64,000 nucleotides of DNA, taken from contig JALUTT010000117.1 in the NCBI GenBank assembly GCA_027021705.1, forward strand, positions 1 through 64,000. The letters run 5' to 3'. The position numbers and the translations under genes were made by a program. The notes below the pieces were generated by a model. That model was not told the origin of the DNA, did no database searches, and saw only the letters and a program-made list of their open reading frames with translations. Source of the DNA: Anaerolineae bacterium. Lineage in GTDB: Bacteria; Chloroflexota; Anaerolineae; S140-20. Shown here one piece after another: positions 59,130-64,000 of the stretch; the stretch's first letter is position 1, and each line of letters begins with the position of its first letter.

Positions 59130-60070
59130 GCGAGGAATCTTCCCTAAAGGTCGCCGTCGTCGGAGCGGGGGCGATGGGCTCCCTCTTCGGCGGTCGGCTC
59201 TCGAAGGTCGCCTCCGTCTGGCTGGTGGATCCGTGGGAGGAACACGTGACCACGATGCAACGGGAGGGGCTGCACTTGGTGACGCCCGAGGGCGACGAGG
59301 AGGTGATCCCCGTCCAGGCGACGACGGACCCAGGCCAGGTTCCCCCGTGCGACCTGGTCATCATCTTCGTCAAGGCCCACCAGACGGCCTGGGCGGCGGA
59401 ACAGGCGGCCCGCCTGCTGGCCCCGGACGGGCTGGCGCTGACGCTCCAGAACGGGTTGGGCAACGCCGAGGTGATCGCCCACTTCGTGGGGGAGGCGCGG
59501 ACCGTTCAGGGGGTGACGGCCCAGGGGGCGACGTTGCTGGGGCCGGGACGGGTGCGCCACGCCGGCCGGGGGCCGACCCACATCGCCAGCAGGCCGGAGG
59601 TGGCGGATCGGTTGGTCGTCGTCGCCGAGACCTTCAACCGGGCGGGCCTGGAGACCCACCTGGTCCGTGAGGGGCTGGAGAGCATGGTGTGGGGGAAGCT
59701 GGTCATCAACGTGGGCATTAACGCCCTGACCGCCCTGTTGCGGGTGCCCAACGGCGTCATCGCCCAGGTGCCGGAGGTCTGGGCGCTGGCCGAGGAGGCG
59801 GTCAATGAGGCCGTTGCCGTGGCCCAGGCGCTGGGCATCTCCCTGCCCTACGAGGACCCGCCGGCCCGGGTTCGGGCCGTTGCCCAGGCGACGGCGACGA
59901 ACCTCTCTTCGATGCTCCAGGACGTGCGGCGGGGCGCCCCCACCGAGATTGACGCCATCAACGGGGCCGTCGTCCGGGAGGGAAAGCGGCTGGGCGTTCC
60001 CACCCCCTTCAACGCCTGTCTCGTCCGCCTGATCAAAGCCGTCGAGGTTACTGCTTCCGAGGCTCTGTGA
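59126..60070 (+). CDS. panE: 2-dehydropantoate 2-reductase
   Basis: GAGAMG, LQNGLG, WGKLVIN, SSMLQD, TEIDAING. Confidence 0.93.
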   Translation: MSEESSLKVAVVGAGAMGSLFGGRLSKVASVWLVDPWEEHVTTMQREGLHLVTPEGDEEVIPVQATTDPGQVPPCDLVIIFVKAHQTAWAAEQAARLLAPDGLALTLQNGLGNAEVIAHFVGEARTVQGVTAQGATLLGPGRVRHAGRGPTHIASRPEVADRLVVVAETFNRAGLETHLVREGLESMVWGKLVINVGINALTALLRVPNGVIAQVPEVWALAEEAVNEAVAVAQALGISLPYEDPPARVRAVAQATATNLSSMLQDVRRGAPTEIDAINGAVVREGKRLGVPTPFNACLVRLIKAVEVTASEAL

Positions 60071-60077
60071 TCTCCTC

Positions 60078-60122
60078 TGTCGAAAAGTTCGAGAGGACTG
60101 TATTATCCAGCAGGACGATCAC
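60078..60122 (-). pseudogene. 5' stub of a PIN-domain (DUF3368/VapC-like) toxin
   Basis: GTG-initiated (M)IVLLDNTVLSNFS just downstream of the UPF0175 gene, then runs into panE. Confidence 0.55.
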
Positions 60123-60137
60123 GGGGTTGCCTCTTGT

Positions 60138-60467
60138 TCACTCTTGTTCGGAAGAGAACCATGCCCGGATCGCTTCGACTTCAGCCCTAGCCTCTGCCAG
60201 ATCGGCAGGACCGATGCGCAAGGGAATGCCCAAGGCCAGGAAGCGCTCACGCAACACCATCTCATGCACGCCTAGCAACTCAGCGGCCTTGCCCAGATTG
60301 ATCTGGCGTTCCAGATATGCGCCGACGACTAGGGCCCAACGTAGCTCAGGATCCTCGCTCAAGAGACGATTCAGAGCCGCGCTAACCAGCTCGGGACGAT
60401 GTCGAGCCAATCGGGTGAGCTGTTCAAGCGCCCAGGTTTGAGGATGGGAGAGGGTTTCAACGACCAT
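60138..60467 (-). CDS. UPF0175-family antitoxin-like HTH protein
   Basis: YLERQINLGKAAELLG...GIPLRIGP; lower GC, opposite strand to the operon. Confidence 0.75.
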   Translation of the reverse strand: MVVETLSHPQTWALEQLTRLARHRPELVSAALNRLLSEDPELRWALVVGAYLERQINLGKAAELLGVHEMVLRERFLALGIPLRIGPADLAEARAEVEAIRAWFSSEQE

Positions 60468-60559
60468 AGCTTCACCTGATCCACACACAAGGTCCGGGGT
60501 TCTGCGATACCGACTCCCGGAATTGTAGCATAGCCCCCCTATTACAGCAAGGAGGAAAA

Positions 60560-62224
60560 ATGCGTAGTGATTTGGTCAAACGTGGTTTCGAACGAGCTCC
60601 CCATCGGAGCCTCTTCTACGCTACCGGCCTGACGCCCGAGGAGCTGGACCGCCCCCTCATCGGGGTAGCCAACTCCCGCAACGAGATCGTGCCCGGCCAC
60701 ACCCACTTGGACCGGGTGACGGAGGCGGTCAAGGCCGGCATTCGGATGGCCGGCGGCACCCCCTTGGAGTTCGGCGTCATCGCCGTGGACGACGGCATCG
60801 CGATGGGCCATCCGGGAATGCGCTACCCCTTGCCCAGCCGGGAGCTGATCGCCGATTCCGTCGAGGTGATGGCCGCCGCCCACGCCCTGGACGGGCTCGT
60901 CCTCATCCCCAACTGTGACAAGATCGTGCCGGGGATGCTGATGGCCGCCGCCCGGCTCAACCTCCCCGCCCTCATCGTCAGCGGCGGGCCGATGCTGGCC
61001 GGCCGCTATCAGGGGCGAGACGTGGACGTGAGCACCGTCTTCGAGGCGGTGGGCGAGTTCAAGGCAGGCCGCCTGAGCGAGGATGAACTCCGGGAACTGG
61101 AGCTCTCGGCCTGCCCGGGCTGCGGCTCCTGCGCCGGCCTCTTCACCGCCAACTCGATGAACTGCCTCACCGAAGCGCTGGGGATGGCCCTGCCCGGCAA
61201 CGGGACCATCCTGGCCGTCACCGCTGCCCGCCTGCGCCTGGCCAAACGGGCCGGCATGCAGATCGTCCACCTGGTCCGGGAGGGCATCCGGCCCCGCGAC
61301 ATCCTGACCGAAGCGGCCTTCGAGAACGCCATCGCCGTGGATATGGCCATCGGCGGGTCCACCAACACGGTGCTCCATCTGCCCGCCATCGCCCACGAAG
61401 CGGGCATCCCGCTCCCGCTGGAACGCTTCGACGAGATCAGCCGCCGAACCCCCTACCTGGTCAAGCTCAGCCCGTCCGGCCCCCATCACCTGCAGGACCT
61501 GGATGAGGCAGGGGGGGTGCCGGCGGTGATGGCCGAACTCCTGCGCCACGGTCGGTTGCACGGCGACGCGCTGACGGTGACGGGCAAGACCTTGGCCGAG
61601 AGCGTTGGAAGCGCCCGCATCCGCCGACCCGACGTCATCCGCCGGGCCGACGATCCCCACCGCCCCGACGGCGGGATCGCCATCCTGCGGGGCAACCTGG
61701 CCCCCGACGGCGCGGTGGTCAAGGCGGCGGCCGTGCTCCCGGAGATGGCCCGTCACCGAGGGCCGGCCCGCGTCTTCGACGACGAAGAGGCCGCTATGGC
61801 CGCCATCCTGAGTGGGCGCATCCAGGCCGGCGACGTCGTCGTCATCCGCTACGAAGGGCCGAGGGGTGGGCCGGGCATGCGGGAGATGCTGATGCCCACC
61901 TCGGCGCTGGCCGGGATGGGGCTGGACGACAAGGTGGCGCTCCTGACCGACGGGCGCTTCTCCGGGGCCACCCGGGGCGCGGCCATCGGCCACATCTCGC
62001 CGGAGGCGGCGGCCGGCGGCCCCATCGCCCTGGTCCAGGACGGGGACGAGATCGAGATTGACATCCCCAACAAGCGGCTGACCCTCCTGATCTCCGAGGA
62101 AGAGATGGCTCGGCGCCGGGGGGCTTGGCAGCCACCGGCCCCCCGGGTCACCGGCGGCTACCTGGCCCGCTACGCGGCGATGGTCAGTTCCGCCAGCCAG
62201 GGGGCCATCCTCACCATCCCGTAG
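60560..62224 (+). CDS. ilvD: Dihydroxy-acid dehydratase
   Basis: [42 protein letters not shown]. Confidence 0.97.
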   Translation: MRSDLVKRGFERAPHRSLFYATGLTPEELDRPLIGVANSRNEIVPGHTHLDRVTEAVKAGIRMAGGTPLEFGVIAVDDGIAMGHPGMRYPLPSRELIADSVEVMAAAHALDGLVLIPNCDKIVPGMLMAAARLNLPALIVSGGPMLAGRYQGRDVDVSTVFEAVGEFKAGRLSEDELRELELSACPGCGSCAGLFTANSMNCLTEALGMALPGNGTILAVTAARLRLAKRAGMQIVHLVREGIRPRDILTEAAFENAIAVDMAIGGSTNTVLHLPAIAHEAGIPLPLERFDEISRRTPYLVKLSPSGPHHLQDLDEAGGVPAVMAELLRHGRLHGDALTVTGKTLAESVGSARIRRPDVIRRADDPHRPDGGIAILRGNLAPDGAVVKAAAVLPEMARHRGPARVFDDEEAAMAAILSGRIQAGDVVVIRYEGPRGGPGMREMLMPTSALAGMGLDDKVALLTDGRFSGATRGAAIGHISPEAAAGGPIALVQDGDEIEIDIPNKRLTLLISEEEMARRRGAWQPPAPRVTGGYLARYAAMVSSASQGAILTIP

Positions 62225-62251
62225 CGGACGCCAACCGCCGATCGTCGAACG

Positions 62252-62286
62252 GGTAGCGAAGGGCATCCCCCTTCGCTATCTGTTTA
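62252..62286 (+). terminator. Candidate terminator after ilvD
   Basis: TAGCGAAGGG-CATC-CCCTTCGCTA then TCTGTTT. Confidence 0.5.
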
Positions 62287-62318
62287 TGGCCCCTCGTTCG
62301 GGCTGAGGAAGGGCGGTC

Positions 62319-62431
62319 GTAACTGTTCACCCTCCCGCAGGTTAGGCGCGTTTCCGACGCGAAACCGTGCTTCCAATAGCCCATCGGGGCTGAAAGCGCC
62401 CTCGACCGGTGACCTGCGGGAGGGGAGGCTG
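62319..62431 (+). mobile_element. Type A element copy 5
   Basis: Core 62329-62425. Confidence 0.85.
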
Positions 62432-62483
62432 TACAGACTGCGGACCGTGGACTACGGACTGTGGACTACGGACTTTTTGATGC

Positions 62484-62512
62484 TTGACAGGGCGAGTTAG
62501 GGGGGAGTATAA
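62484..62512 (+). promoter_or_regulatory. Consensus sigma70 promoter
   Basis: TTGACA-17nt-TATAAT. Confidence 0.75.
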
Positions 62513-62575
62513 TGAGCACACGAACCTCCGGGGGCGGTAGGGCAGCACCGGAGCCATTTACCTGGGGAGGCAGGT

Positions 62576-63361
62576 ATGCCTGGAACACGACCCTTCGAGA
62601 TCGTTGCCCACCGGGGCGTGCCTACCGAGGCTCCCGAGAACACCATCCCTTCGTTCGAGCAGGCCATCGAGAGGGGAGCCGATGCTGTCGAGATGGATGT
62701 CCGGCTGACACGCGATCGGGTGCCGGTCGTCTACCACTACTTCTACCTTGACGAGGTCACCACCGCTTCGGGCCCGATCTTCGACTACACCCTCGCCCAG
62801 CTCCGAGATGTCAAGCTCCTGGGCCACGATGGTCACCCCCTCCGCGATAGCCGCATCCCAACCTTGAGGGAGGTCCTGGAGGCCATCGGCGGTCGGATAG
62901 GGCTAGAGATTGAGGTCAAAGGGCCAGAACCGGAGTCGGCTGGGGCGATAGGCACCGTTCTCCAGGACTTTCGTCCCTTGTGGGAGACGATGGAGGTCAC
63001 CTCCTACGAGCCGGCGCTCCTCCTCGCCTTACAGCGACACTGCCCCGGCCTGACCATGGACCTGCTGCTTCCCCGGGCGGAGGAGTGGATGGGGCCAGAC
63101 GTGATCACCTACCTGGCCATCCATCGCGGCCGGCTGGCCCGGGCCAGGGCGGTGCACCTGCACTCCCCGCTCCTCTCCAGGGAGGTTGTCTCGGAGATCC
63201 GAGCGTGGGGAATCGAGGTACATGCCTTCGATGTCAACGATGAACGATCGCTGCGCCGTGCCGTGGAGCTGGAGGTCCCCAGAATCTGCACCGATGCACT
63301 CCAGCAGGCCCTCGACTTTTGCCGGCGGATGAGGGATGACAAACCCTGTCCGACTCTATAG
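62576..63361 (+). CDS. Glycerophosphodiester phosphodiesterase family protein
   Basis: AHRG...PENT, EMDVRLTRD, IPTLREV, EIEVK, ICTD. Confidence 0.9.
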   Translation: MPGTRPFEIVAHRGVPTEAPENTIPSFEQAIERGADAVEMDVRLTRDRVPVVYHYFYLDEVTTASGPIFDYTLAQLRDVKLLGHDGHPLRDSRIPTLREVLEAIGGRIGLEIEVKGPEPESAGAIGTVLQDFRPLWETMEVTSYEPALLLALQRHCPGLTMDLLLPRAEEWMGPDVITYLAIHRGRLARARAVHLHSPLLSREVVSEIRAWGIEVHAFDVNDERSLRRAVELEVPRICTDALQQALDFCRRMRDDKPCPTL

Positions 63362-63380
63362 CACTGCCAGGGAGGCCAAG

Positions 63381-64000
63381 ATGACCGAGACCATCGTGAT
63401 GATTCACGGGATGTGGGGGAGGCCGTGGTGCTGGGGGAACTACCGGGCCTTCTTCGAGGCGCAGGGCTTTCGCTGCATCACGCCCACGCTGCGCCTCCAC
63501 GACGTGGACCCGACCGAGCCCCCCGACCCTCGGTTGGGGACGACCAGCTTGTTGGACTACGCCGGCGACCTGGAGGAGGAGATCCGTCGGCTTGACACGA
63601 CGCCCATCCTGATGGGCCATTCGATGGGCGGGCTCCTCACCCAAATCCTGGGAAGCCGGGGATTGGGGAAAGCCCTCGTCCTGCTGACCCCGGCCTCCCC
63701 GCGCGGCGTCATCGCCATCCGCCCCTCGGTAGTCAGGAGCTTCTGGAGCGTCCTCACCAAGTGGGGCTTCTGGCGCAAGCCGATGCGCCTGACCTTCAAC
63801 GAAGCGGTCTACGCGATGCTGCACCTCCTGAGCCCGGAGAAGCAGGAGGAGACTTACCGCAAGTTCGTCTACGAATCGGGGCGGGCGATGGCCGAGATCG
63901 GTTTCTGGTTCTTCGACCCCCACCGGGCCTCCGAAGTGGACGCCTCCCGGATCACCTGCCCGGTCCTGGTGGTCGCCGGGGCCCAGGACCGGATCACGCC
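63381..64000 (+). CDS. Alpha/beta hydrolase (partial, runs off the window; absent from the ORF track)
   Basis: Own translation: MTETIVMIHGMWG...ILMGHSMGG...; GGAGG RBS. Confidence 0.85.
   Translation, partial: MTETIVMIHGMWGRPWCWGNYRAFFEAQGFRCITPTLRLHDVDPTEPPDPRLGTTSLLDYAGDLEEEIRRLDTTPILMGHSMGGLLTQILGSRGLGKALVLLTPASPRGVIAIRPSVVRSFWSVLTKWGFWRKPMRLTFNEAVYAMLHLLSPEKQEETYRKFVYESGRAMAEIGFWFFDPHRASEVDASRITCPVLVVAGAQDRIT

Overview
High-GC bacterial chromosome segment, most likely Chloroflexota (inference from a C-terminal YLPLI motif, a Zn-ribbon-fused TopA, heptamer microsatellites and monoderm-type genes ylxR/khpA/LCP). Content, left to right: a BIME-like hairpin array; a CHAT-protease/NB-ARC/TPR (NLR-like) gene; an FAD/Fe-S oxidoreductase; the nusA-ylxR-infB-rbfA-nrnA-truB-ribF operon ending in an unusual MtrA-like/thymidylate synthase/DUF4346 fusion; dGTPase; ffh-rpsP-khpA-rimM-dprA-manC-topA; cell-envelope genes; GH38 mannosidase; NrtR and an ABC-2 exporter; fur-FTR1; a large ilvBN-ilvC-leuA-leuCD-cimA-leuB ... 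panB-panE-ilvD cluster; GDPD; a partial alpha/beta hydrolase. No rRNA, tRNA, CRISPR or transposase gene was seen. The most striking unannotated signals are (1) two homologous Leu/Ile(/Val)-rich leader-peptide attenuators in tandem ahead of ilvB, (2) several families of miniature inverted-repeat elements, including 97-bp units with shared ends but two unrelated cores and a three-level nested insertion with a 7-bp target duplication, (3) block-shuffled TPR repeats in the CHAT-NLR, and (4) the thymidylate-synthase fusion. All calls come from reading the sequence by eye; no searches were run.
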